A stretch of DNA of 64,000 bases from Parasitella parasitica NRRL 2501. Lineage: Eukaryota > Fungi > Mucoromycota. Positions within the stretch are counted from its first letter, which is position 1. Each line of letters begins with the position of its first letter. Positions 22,686 through 34,294 of the stretch are shown one piece after another. The stretch spans positions 1 through 64,000 of the forward strand of contig MU619390.1 of NCBI GenBank assembly GCA_025201805.1. The letters run 5' to 3'. The notes under the pieces are model-generated. The model worked only from the letters and a program-made list of their open reading frames with translations. It was not told the origin of the DNA and did no database searches. The position numbers and the translations under genes were made by a program.

Positions 22686-23314
22686 TTATTTTTCCTACAA
22701 TGCAGGATTAGCATCCAGAAAGAAAGAAAGAAAGAAAAAAAAATCAACTTACAGGAATCTCAACTTCACCAGCATCAATGGCAGCACAAATATCGTTAGG
22801 ACTTTGGCCATCAACAGTACAACCAACAGAGAAAGCGGTGCCGAGGATTTCCTTTACTGTACCAGAGAGTTCACGAGCCAAAGACTTGAATCGCATGGTA
22901 CGGGCAATTTCAATGATATCCTCAAGAGAGACGTTGCCACTGTGCTTGATATTCTTCTCCTTCTTACGATCACGAAGAGGTTCCTTGAGAGCCTTGATGA
23001 CTAAAGATGAAGCAGAAGGAACAACGGAAACTTGAGCTTGACGGTTTTGAATGGTCAGTTGCACAGTAACACGGAGGCCCTTCCATTCTTTAGTGCCCTT
23101 GGCAATATCTTCACCGACCTTCTTGGGGGACAAACCAAGAGGACCAATTTTAGGGGCAAGAGCACTAGAAGCACCGACTTCACCACTATTAAGAGCGTTA
23201 GTTTATTCAAGAGACCTATACAACAACAACTACAACAACAACAAAAACAAAAACTAACCCAGTGGCACGAAGGTAGATGATCTTAACCTCAGAGGGATCA
23301 AACTTGGGAGGCAT
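22686..23314 (-). CDS. RPL12: 60S ribosomal protein L12 (uL11)
   Basis: [19 protein letters not shown]|[27 protein letters not shown]...GEVEIP|EK*. Exons 23314-23259, 23185-22752 and 22694-22686, plus a 5'UTR intron. Confidence 0.97.
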
Positions 23315-23951
23315 ACTATAGCCAAATGTGGTTGTTCAGTTTCAATAGACCATAGATGGACGGATGGATGAATTCAAATGTAGCTAGTTTACCTGTGATA
23401 TGTTGAGAAAGGAAGGTTTTTTGCTGTTGGATGCTTTGCGCCTGATTAAGTTCTCAAATGCATTAACAAGGAATTGATTAGAGAGGTGCCCAAAATCATG
23501 TCCGGTCCGGGATAACTGATAGCTTGTTTGTATCACATTTTTTAAATGAACCCTGGAGCGTAAATAAGTTTACAGAATGGCAGTGAGAACAATTACATGA
23601 AACTCCAAGATATTTTATGCATGAAATACATATCATTGCCATGATGTCTAAAAAATTAAACATTGAGCAGCTCAACTGAATTTCTAAATAGGCTGGGTAT
23701 TTTTGGTGGTCTATGCTGCGACTGTTTTCACTAGCAATCATAGAACAAAGATACACCCCCATTCTAATGAACTAGGCTTAGGGCACTGTAAAATAAATTC
23801 ATCTTGAAAAAAATACTCCTTTTTTTTTGTAGCCTTTTTTTTGTTTTTTTTGTTTTGTTTCTTGTACAACGATTGTTTGGTTTTCTTTCTTCTCGTCCAT
23901 CTAAGCACATATATTAATAAATAATACGTATTTATACTAGCACATATCGTA

Positions 23952-26433
23952 ATGTCTTTCTCAAAATCGCAGGGAAAGAAACAAGAGATCGCCTACCAAC
24001 AAAAACAACAAAAGTATGTTTTTTAATCATAGATAGAGCAAAAAGAAAAACTACTTACATTTAGCGTTAGCCGCAACAATAGCAACACTAAGAAATGGTC
24101 CAACAACAACACTACAGCTCGCAGCCACGCGTCCCCACCTTCCCCAGCTGCTGAGCCCATTCATCAAGATCTTGCCATGACGAAGCAACTACACGATAGA
24201 ATGCTCTTCTTACTTGGAAATCTGACCGTAAGTTTTATAAATATGTTATGTTGGATGTGCTTACTAACACCATCCAAAGGGCTCTTTGGTGGAAGCTACA
24301 GTCAAGGATGGCTGCAAATTTAAGGGCATCTTTCACGGTGCTTCAACAGAGGGCGATTTGGGCATTGCTCTGAAGCTTGCTCAGAAGATCTACGATCCTA
24401 ACGCACCTAACGAAAAAGACAAGACCAATCCAAACCCCATAAAAAACACCATGCTGATTTTCTCCAAAGATTTAGTGGAGATTAATGCTGTCAATGTTGA
24501 TTTCGCTAGCACCGAAGCAATTGATCGTAACAGTAAGTAGCACGCAAACACACGGATGCACAGCGAGGGCAATTTACAGAAATAATCTCTTTTCTAGCCT
24601 TCAAAACCGACACAGACATCAGTGGAAAATTGGACATCAAAGAGCGTGAGTTACAGAAATGGACACCAGCTGCAGACGATGGCAGCAATTCAGCTCTATT
24701 AGAAAGTAGTTTGGGATCAAATGAGGGCGGATCATGGGATCAGTTTGCCGCAAACGAGAAACTGTTTGGCCTAAAGACTGATTTTGATGAGGAGATTTAC
24801 ACGACGGCATTGAATAGATCTGCTCCTGGTTATAAGGATCGTGAAAAGCATGCCATCAAGATGGCTAATGAGATTCAAAAGATGGCAACTACAAATGTGC
24901 ACATGCAGGAAGAGCGTGGCCTGGCTATTGATGATAGTGGGATGGACGAGGAGGATTTATATGGGGCTGTTGTACGTGAGACGAATCCCAACAAATACGT
25001 GCCTCCTGCCCTTCGCAAAACCCAGCAACAACAACCGCCCAAGAAGGAAAAACTCAATCCACTGAACAAACTGATGACTTCGGATTTGCCCAAGGCTTCC
25101 TCAAACCCTTCGCCCATTGCCGACTTACCAACCACTCGTCGCGAATCTAGCGACGAGAGCAGCAACGAGCCACATAAACGTATCGAAACTGAAATTGCGA
25201 CTCGCTTTAGACACTTTGCAAAGATGGAGAAGGACAAGCTTAACGCCAAAAAGCAGGCATTGCAAAGAAAGGAAAAGGATAATCTTTTGACTGAACTGAA
25301 AAAGTTCTATCAAACGTTCAAATTAGATGTGCCCGTTCCTGCTGATTTGGTTCCATTGCTCTCAAAAAAAAAGACTCCAGCAGACGGTACTACGAGTGGC
25401 AGTGGCAAGGTCGATCTCCCTGAATCCAACAAAAACCTGCCTGCTCAAAAGCCTCTCCCATCTTCCACTGCCACAGCTACAACACCGACATCATCAAGGT
25501 TGGCAGATACAGCAAAGAAATCTATTGTCCCTACTACTTCCTCAATTCCGGTAGGCTCAGTAGCCTCCCCTGCTCCTCCATCTCCTGTACCCGTCACTGC
25601 CACAACCACCGCCACAACAACCACTGTTAGCACCGCTGGATCTTCTCCAGCTACATCCAACTCGTTTAAATTCAATGTAAAAGCATCCTCCTTCAAACCT
25701 AACCCTTCAGCTGCAGCTTTTGTTCCTGGCGGCGGCAATGGATCTATCACCGCCAACAACCCCAATACTTCTCCCATCGGCGTTTCTACAGCTGCTGACA
25801 ATGCTGAAGATAGCAATCCTCATACATTCTTTAACGGGCGTCAATTAAAGAAGGGTGTGCCTGCTGAGCATATGACAATGACTGAGGCCTTTGCTCCCTC
25901 GTTCTTGGATAAAGACTTGCCAGCTGGTTCTGTTGGCCCCACTTGGCCATTTGGACATAAATCTTATCGGGTTCAATTCAGTCAATTTGGATACGACGAA
26001 GATGTGTATAGCTATCCTTCACCCAATTATGCCTACTATCCGCAATACCGCTATCCTTTCCCTCAGATGCCTTATCCTCAATTTGTTCAACCTCCCATGC
26101 CTCCTACTTATAGTCCTCAGATGGCAGCTAGTGTCTCTCCACACGGCTCGCCCTTCCCTCCTCAAGCATTTTCCTCTCCACAGAGATCACCAATGGTTCC
26201 TCAACAAATGCCACAAATATATCAATACAATGGACCCCCAATGATGATGCATTATCGCCCCGAGATGATGCAAAGACCTGTAATGGTAGAAACCGTATCT
26301 TATTCTCCTCAGTATCAACAAGATCCACCAGGTAAGCCATAAATAACTTGAGGGGGGGGTTTTTTTTACTAATGCAAACTCATGATAAATAGCTACTGAT
26401 TCAAGCGCTGAAACACCACCGCCTACAAACTAG
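23952..26433 (+). CDS. PBP1: Ataxin-2/Pbp1 homolog (Lsm, LsmAD, PAM2-like)
   Basis: LHDRMLFLLGNL, Lsm FKGIFHGA, FKTDTDIS..ERELQKW, LsmAD WDQFAANEKLFGLKTDFDEEIYTT, PAM2-like FNVKASSFKPNPSAAAFVP. Confidence 0.93.
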
Positions 26434-26511
26434 TAATGCTGATTCTTGTTTTTTTACTTTTACAAAATAAATATACATGATGGTCGCTGGTGGTCCATAT
26501 TAATCAACCAC

Positions 26512-28029
26512 TTATTCTTTTTGACTCAAAAGGTTTTGTTTGATAGCATCTGATCTCTTTTTGATTGACGCAATGATTTCGTTTCCTTGTTCTCGAACTT
26601 TTGCAATATTTCCGTCCACCAAATGATGGAGATATGCTTCTACTGTCATCTTTTTCTGTTCTTCTGTGAGCGGCGCTGAACTGGCTTCTAACGACATGGC
26701 TGATGGTGGCGCTGTGGATGTTGTTTGTGGATGCAATTCTCGACATTGGCCATCGGCAGTGATTAGATTGTGAGTGCGACCTACAGCATTAGAAGCGGGC
26801 GTTCTAATACTATTGTTGTTGACATTTTCGTTACCGCCTGTAATAGGAGAAAGAGGGCAGTTGCCAAATATATCCAAGACATCAACTGTAGTGTGTATGC
26901 TGTTCTTTGGTGTCGATTGAAGATATTTCATTTGTTTTGCAATAGATGCTGAGACTTCGGGGTTGCGTGTCCTCGTACGTGATGAGAGTACGGTTGGTGA
27001 TTTGGGTACGGTTGTGGGAGCAGTAGAGTTACGGCTCTTGGAAAGACTAACGGCTTTCTTGGGGGCAGTCGCATGCTCAACAGCCCTTCCTTTACCTTTG
27101 TCTTTGAGGCGATCATCACTGCCACTTGTCACAGGCGATGGTGGTGATGGTAGTGAGAGGGCTGCTGGCTCGGCCGACTGCTGGGGTTCATTGAGTCGAA
27201 CTGCAAGCCCTTTGGTTGGACCATTATCGTTTTCTGTTAGCATTGGTTCTGGAGGCGGGAAAGTAGGAGACATGAGTAGAACTTCTTCTGGTTCAGGTGC
27301 ACTCGGCAATGGTGGCGGTGATATCGATTGTGATGTTTGTCTCTTGTCACTTTCAGGTTCTCGTTTTGACCGTTTTGTTGGTTTTGTTGGTTTTGTTGGT
27401 TTTGTTGGTTTTGTTGGTTTTGTCGGGTTTTGGGCTTTCTTGACACTTGGCTTTGGTTGATAAATTTTTTCAATCAAAGGCGGTTTAGGAGTTGCCCCAG
27501 TCTTTTCTACCAACGATGAAGTTTTGAAGTCTAAATTCGAGAATATATCTACGTTAGATTGTTTGCCTGAGGAGGGCAATAGTCTTTGTCTATTCCTCCT
27601 CGCTGTTGATTGATTCCCATATGTGAACGCAGGCTTTCTAATATGAGTTGGTATATCCAAAATCTGCTTGATATCCCAAATACTATCATCGTCTACTTCT
27701 ATTGCGGTTGCTTTCCGTTTCTGTGGCACGAAATTCTTGTCAAACTCCTCGGCCTCTCCCTACATAAAACGGTCAGTACATGTTATCAACGTCAGGCCTA
27801 TTCATGCATACCTCCAACTGACTAGCAGCCGTTTTGAATGTCTCGTTTGATGCAGCGCTCGTTGCTGTGTCTCTTTTATTTTTGGTTCGACTGCTCGGTG
27901 CTCTCTGAAAGAGAGGACGTGAGCGCTTCACTTCTTTATGCTCTCCCCTATTGAAAACAGATTGATTGAGTCTGATATATTTACGTTGCTATTGCTTTAC
28001 AATGTATCTAACCTTTTTTCAGGTTTCAT
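26512..28029 (-). CDS. Largely disordered protein ending in a Bir1/survivin-like C-terminal helix
   Basis: Short 5' exons (MKPEKR...) plus a 1.2-kb last exon; C-terminus LTEEQKKMTVEAYLHHLVDGNIAKVREQGNEII. No BIR Cys/His motif seen. Confidence 0.65.
27373..27426. repeat. 9-bp tandem repeat (TTTTGTTGG) x6 encoding PTK repeats
   Basis: Directly visible; five perfect units and one variant. Confidence 0.95.
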
Positions 28030-28556
28030 ATTGCTAATTCTGCGGAATTCTCTGGAGTTGACTTGAAATAAAAATTCTGATCAACTATATACCAATATGC
28101 ATTGTACTAATACCACTTGGTGTATGGGACAGCTTTTTATTAATTGCACGACACTGACATGCTTATCCAAGTACCTGGGAGCACTGAGATTTTTATCGAA
28201 AACCACAAACTTGAATAAATGGAAAGAAAATACACACTTTGATGGTATTAGTCTTCTAATCTATAATTACTCTATCCATTTGATGAACATGGTTAGTTAC
28301 GCCAACTAAGATCCAAGTTTGATTGATTGTATTGAAGACTTGTATGAAGACGATATTTCAGCAATTACAACAACAAAAAGCAAAAGAACTGAACAAATAA
28401 TTAAAGGCCTTAGCTTCTCTGCTACCCTCATGTAATCGCAAACGGAAACGAGCAAATCAATGCAAATATTCACAATGTAATTAACGATGCTTGAAACTAC
28501 ACTCATCCCGCCCTTTGTAAATATAATCTCTTATTCCATTAAAATAAAATCCAAAG

Positions 28557-28980
28557 TTAAACCATCCATGCTGGAATTCTGCCATTCAAAGCTTTAAACG
28601 CATAAACTCTTATTCGATTTCTAGCTGCTCTGTCTCTCCAGCATTTGTTGTGTGTTTGCAAAAAGTTGCTGCCTTCGTATCTTTTCTGTAAACAAAATGA
28701 GAGTAGCACCGAATATACGAAGCCATATAAATTATTCATTATTCTGAGAGCATATTTGGTAAATGTCTGTAAATGGAGTCTCTCTAACTGACCTTTATCC
28801 TTTGTTTTGAACTTTGAAGTTACTGAGACTACAAAATGCGCATTTCAGGCTAGTCAAATGTTCAGATTAGTACAGACGAAAACGCAAATTGGGTTTTGTC
28901 AAAAGTGTCAATTGAGAAATTCAAAAGCGCTATTTGGCACTGGAGGCACTGTATCATTCCTTTCAAGATTCTGTAAATGG
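28557..28980 (-). pseudogene. Probable Fanzor/TnpB-like RuvC-zinc-finger C-terminal relic
   Basis: Minus strand with stops and frameshifts: PPVPNSAFEFL..NPICVFV / SEHLTSLKCAFC (28831-28863) / VYSVLL.FC...HNKCWRDRAARN (28617-28640) RIRVYAFKALNGRIPAW*. Confidence 0.55.
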
Positions 28981-29474
28981 ATCTGTTTAGATCGAGAGAA
29001 AAAAAAAGGCAAGTCTGAAAGGTGTAGTGTAAGACACAAAAATGCTTAGCTTTTTATATATTTTTTGGATTGTCAGGTGAGACAGGGGAATGCAAGGGTG
29101 CTTGATGAATGCAGATCCTTACAACACGCATTTATAAGCTAATCAACAAGTTCTTCCTGTTGACATTTAAAATATGCACATTTTCAGTATCATTGTACAG
29201 ATTTCACATTGAATTATACAAACTGTAATAGCCCTGAAGAGTTCAACAGACATCCCGACAGGTAATATGTTTCTTCGTCATTTTGCCTCACGCTACTCGG
29301 GGCAACTATTAAAGAGTTTATTTTGGATGTCTGGCTGAACCACTTGGAACCCGAAATAAAGTTGGAACAAACATTTGCTTTTTCGAACTTTGCTTTTCTC
29401 GTGGCCTTGAGTTAAACATTGTGTCACGAGAATACTTGCTAAATTATCTCACCTTACAGTAAAAGTCTACAGGT

Positions 29475-30631
29475 TTATTTCTTTGAATGAGTATAGATTT
29501 TATGAACACCCATAGCAGATGTCATCAAGACAATGATCGATGCTCCAGAGATGCTATAGATATCTGGGTATTCGTGCAAGATGAAAATACCAAACAAGAA
29601 TGCGAAAACGACATCATTCATACGCATAAGGGTTCCTGGTCCAGCAGGAGCCATCTGTAAACTAGAGAGGTCTTTAATATAGACAAAACAACGCACGAAA
29701 CTGCAGTAATTACCCTTGATTTAAAAAGCATTGACCAACAAACGCAGACAAACCAACTAAAAGCAACATGACATATTCATAAAGCCCGCGAGGCATAACG
29801 GGCGATTGGAATGAGATCAAGCCGATTGGAGCAATAACAACGGATACCAAGCCAAAGTAAACAACATGTACCAGGTAATGGGCACCTCTGCCAATCTTAC
29901 GAACTGTAACATAGGCTACAGCCGACATCATGGCGCCCAGCAACGCACAAAGAATGGCAAATAATCTCTGCCATTCACTGATATCTTGATCTTTATGGGG
30001 CCCTTCCTCGACACCAAAAAGGAACTGAGGTTTAGACACCAGAATGACACCGATCATGCAAGCAACAGAACAAATACCATCGAATAATGTAAATGTTTCG
30101 CCTAGCACAATGGATGCAAGAATAGCAGTGCAAGCTGGTCCCAAGAAAAAGACAACTATATACCCAATGTAAATCAAATCAGACTCTGCCAAAGCTCTGC
30201 AGTCTTGTGTATAGATATTTACCAGTGGCATCAGCTAAAGGCAATTTAGTGATGCTGTAAAAGAATAGAGAAAGACCTATAGTCCCAGCTAAACCTCTGA
30301 ATAAAAGCCATTGACGTACGCCTGGCTTTCCCAAAGGATTGACTTTAAGAATTACACAGCCGAGTAAACCGAAAGCTGTTTGGACTATCGAGCGAGCAAA
30401 CACAATTTCAAAAGAAGGGAAGCTGGTGCCACTCAATTTGACAAACAATGACATGGTAGAAAACCCAAGTGCTGACAAGGTCATGAATAATAAACCGGTT
30501 ATTTCTCTGCGTTTATTGTGTTGTTGAGCTCCTTGTGGATTTTTCTGAGCATTTTCAAGCAGTGGTGTGCTCTCGCTGTGGGTTACGTTGACAATGGCTG
30601 AAGTCGTACTTGTAGTATTGCCAGCACTCAT
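29475..30631 (-). CDS. EamA/DMT-family (SLC35G-like) transporter, 3 exons
   Basis: About 10 hydrophobic segments; FPSFEIVFARS, LLFRGLAG, LPLADAT, AYVTVRKIG, GQCFLNQGLQMAPAG, DVVFAFLFG. Confidence 0.92.
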
Positions 30632-30743
30632 GTTCTTTAATGAAAAAGAGAGAGAAAAAAAAAATACAGCAAAAAAAATTTTAGCTGCTTCTTAAAATTC
30701 ATGAGCTTTTTATTTCGCAAATACATGCGAATCATGACATTTT

Positions 30744-31819
30744 CTAAAGATACACTCCATTGTCGACGACTCGTTTGCAGCCGTAAGTACTTCTACCGGC
30801 ATTGCAATCAGCATAATGGTCACAGCATCTCATGCAATAATGTCCGCCATCAGGTTCAATCAAGCCAACATAGTATTTGTAGCCATAACACATGGAATTG
30901 GGGGGAGATCCCTTACCATGGTTGTCATACTGTCCACCGCCGTCTTGAGTGGAAAGTTCCCAAGCAGCAGGTTTAAAATTACCTGTAACTTGGACGTAGC
31001 CAGCAGTGGTGTTTTCGAAAAAGTAGGAGGTCTCAATGAAGGTGACAGGCAAAGTACGGGCACCAGGTGCTTTGGCATTATTTTTTAAACAGAAAGAGAC
31101 AGCATTCTTTTCCGACTTGGAAATGGCTTCAGCGTCAGCCTTGTCATTATTGTCATCCTTGCCACCGGGGCTACTAGGCAAGAAAAGACAGAAATCAGTC
31201 TTGCTGCTAACTTGAACTGTCAATCCATAATTGTAGACGAGATTAGTAGAGATTGGAACAGTTGTGGAAGAGGTGCTAGTAGACTTTTTGGTAGTGGTAC
31301 TAGTCTTTTTGATGGTGGTAGTAGTCTTTTAGGTGGTAGTAGTAGTCTTTTTGGTGGTAGTAGTAGTCTTTTTAGTGGTAGTAGTAGTCTTTTTAGTGGT
31401 AGTAGTCTTTTTGGTATTAGTAGTCTTTTTGGTATTAGTAGTCTTTTTGGTAGTAGTAGTAGTAGTCCTTTTGAGGGTAGAAGTGCTTAAACATAATTTC
31501 TGAGCAACTTGTAAATTATTGCATTTAACATTAACTGCAATTAATGATGAGTCAAGGGAATGGGATCAATGATAATATATGCCCTCTTACTTTGACTATT
31601 CAAGGAGGTTAACTTGGAGATAGAAATTTCAGCTTTTGATGCAATCTTCAAACACTATCATAGGGAAAATGATGAGCATTTAAAGCCATATCGAGACAAT
31701 TAACCTACAGAATCACCAGAGACAACCTTGTATGTCTTTGAGCAATTAGCAGGTATTGCTTCAACAGACATTGTAGCAGCAATAATGTATGCAATTACAA
31801 TCACAATCAGGTTACGCAT
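30744..31819 (-). CDS. Secreted LysM protein with a Lys/Thr linker and Cys-rich C-terminal domain; in-frame TAA in the linker
   Basis: Exons 31819-31709, 31654-31591 and 31534-30744 give signal peptide + CSKTYKVVSGDS|CLKIASKAEISISKLTSLNSQ|INVKCNNLQVAQKLCL (LysM) + (KKTTTT)n + TDFCLFLP...YVQVTG...DGGGQYD...YCMRCC. TAA at 31331-31329. Confidence 0.82.
31280..31470 (-). repeat. Degenerate 15-21-bp tandem repeat encoding the KKTTTT linker
   Basis: AAAAAGACTACTACT(ACC) units on the minus strand. Confidence 0.9.
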
Positions 31820-33475
31820 TGTTAAGGAAAGTATGAAGAGAAAAGCTGCAATAAAATAGCAATTTTAGGCATGCTTAAATGAAGGACAAAAAGAAAGGTT
31901 ACACCTTTTAAATGTATTGCAATAAATGATAAATGCCGCAATAAAATACAGACCTTTTCTTCCTTCATCATGGCACAATGTGCAAGTCAGTGCAACGCAT
32001 GTAGAGTTGTACTTGATTTCTCTAATCATAGACTGAGTACGGATCCCTCTTTACCTTACTAGCATTTTTGCATGCTCTCTTATTTTAAGATAACAGCTCA
32101 GTTTGAGCTTTTTTTTTATTCTACGTTTCTCTAACTTGCAGACTCACCAGAGGAGCATTGTAAAGATTGACCTGAATAACAATACCAGGGAATAAAATCT
32201 AGATTCAGGAACCACAGAAAAAGTTATTTTCAGACCGGACCTGACCCAAAACAGACAGTCTATGTGTAGCTTAATTCTCCCAAGTTTTTGGAGAACGAGG
32301 CGCTCGCTCCAAATTGGGATTATGAAGTACAGTGTCTTTACGTTTAAGAAATTTTAGAAAGATTTGTTCATCTGTATGAATGTTTGACCATCAATGTGGA
32401 GAGTAAGCATCACAAAATAAAATAAAAAAATAAAAAAAACCCATGGCAGGTCGGTTTACTAGCTTAAAACGCATGTTAGCATTTTGTGCGAATAACGGGT
32501 ACAACCTTGACAGTCTCAAGGTGAAAATTTCAGGATCGTTTCCAGCTCTGTCAGTGTTGCGTAGATACAACCACTGATAAGGCTGACTGAAATTTACATA
32601 AAACTATTGGAGGTTTGGAGATTGGTACACATCTGTTTCTATAAGCCCGTTACGTGCAGAAGCTATTTCTTTTACAAACAGTTGAAAATGCGATGCTTTC
32701 GTAACATGCCGTGGTGCTCTCTTTGTGCAACCATCATTTGCTTTTTTTTCGGGATCTGCGGAGAGGATGCATGCAGATCAAAATAGTCAGGTTTGTGCCT
32801 GCTGGCGTATTACTGAACATCTGTTATGTGTATTGCACGTATCGGGCGTACTAAACAAATCTATGGTATCTTGGATTACAAGATTGTTATACCAGAATAA
32901 GACCCTTTCAATGGGTGTGCATTGCGTTTATGGCCATTAGGTAACTTCAGTATATACTAGGTTGAAGCACGGTTATGAACTATTGTGAATATTACGCAAG
33001 TATTCATCACATGAACATTTGATTTCTACTGCATTTTCGTCAGTTTAATGATGACTTTGGTCCTGACACTAACATATACACAAACAATTTCCATCTGAAC
33101 ATCACTGCGAATAATACAATATTGAATCAATCCTAAAAGAGAGATGCAGATATACAACCTGCTACATTTACTGTGCGTGTACACATACCATGGCAATAGG
33201 GATATAATCAACATGTCTATGTTGCATGGATATAATTAATTCTTGGCCATTAATTTGCTATGCATGTAAGGAGTGCTTATTTTGGGTTGTTTTTAGAATT
33301 TATCGTATGCCCATAGATGCATATTCATGCCAGAATGGGACAAATTGTAAGCTTTGGTACCACAAAAATATACTGCAGCTGTTTCAAAATGCAAATTTCT
33401 TTGAATATTTAAGGATCTTCCCCAAGCATCACTCTTTGTCTCTCATCAATTCACTGATACAAGCCAACAGACAAA

Positions 33476-33763
33476 ATGCTTAAATTTTCTGCCATCTGTA
33501 TCTTACTAACTGCTGTTACTGTTGCTTTTGGCTGTGATACTGCCTGTAGTGCGGCCCAAGAACGAAACGGTCGTTGTTATTACAGTTGTACGGATGGTGC
33601 TTGCCATATGTCTAGTGGTCATCATAGGGATCAGTTTCTTAACGGATTAGGCACTCGCGGCTATGACTGCAAACCAGAAGGTGCCGGCTCTCTCTCTTGC
33701 GCAAAGACAGGCGACTTTGGTGGATGCTGGGCTCACAAATGGACCTGTGGTCAGGGATGCTAA
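33476..33763 (+). CDS. Small secreted cysteine-rich protein (95 aa, 10 Cys in mature part)
   Basis: Signal peptide MLKFSAICILLTAVTVAFG, intronless, AATAAA about 20 nt after the stop. Confidence 0.85.
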   Translation: MLKFSAICILLTAVTVAFGCDTACSAAQERNGRCYYSCTDGACHMSSGHHRDQFLNGLGTRGYDCKPEGAGSLSCAKTGDFGGCWAHKWTCGQGC

Positions 33764-34294
33764 CTTTATCATTTTGTCTTGAAAAATAAATGATCTGCAT
33801 ATAACGCCCAAATTGGGGTTCGTCCTATTTTGCTAATTGCTTTGCTGAAAAAAAAAAAAACAAATTGCAACGTGCCTAAGATAAGCTTTGGCACAGTAAC
33901 TTGAAAAAGATATAAACCTTTGCTTCTTCATGTTTTGAACCCCTCGCTTTACCAGGAATTATTTCTTTTAGAGATATTATCTATTGTAAAAGGGTATCAA
34001 AAAAGTCCAAAAAGGTGTACTAGAATAATCTTTGTAATATACGCTATTATTGATTTCTCAATATGAGCAAGTTAAATAGCTGTAATCTACCCCAAAGCTT
34101 TTCGTTCATGCAAGACGATAGATTTTTGGCAGGCTCAAGTTCCTGGCGAAAACGCTCATCTACCACTTACTCCAAACCTCAGCCTGAAAACATTTAATAA
34201 GCACCAACGAGAAACAATCTAACAGGCCTTGAAGAGAGTTTTTATAGAGAAAACAGGGCTGCTATTTACAAAAATGCGTTTGATTTTATTACAT

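Noticed and set aside
26963-27460. Antisense ORFs with (FVG)n, plus similar shadows at 40812-41198, 25445-25816 and 48175-48582
   Set aside because: Mirror frames of real genes on the opposite strand.
31280-31470. Repeat array considered as CRISPR-like
   Set aside because: No unique spacers; it is a coding tandem repeat in a eukaryotic gene.
31212-31490. Plus-strand Ser/Gly/Leu/Phe repeat ORF
   Set aside because: Codon-aligned antisense shadow of the KKTTTT linker.
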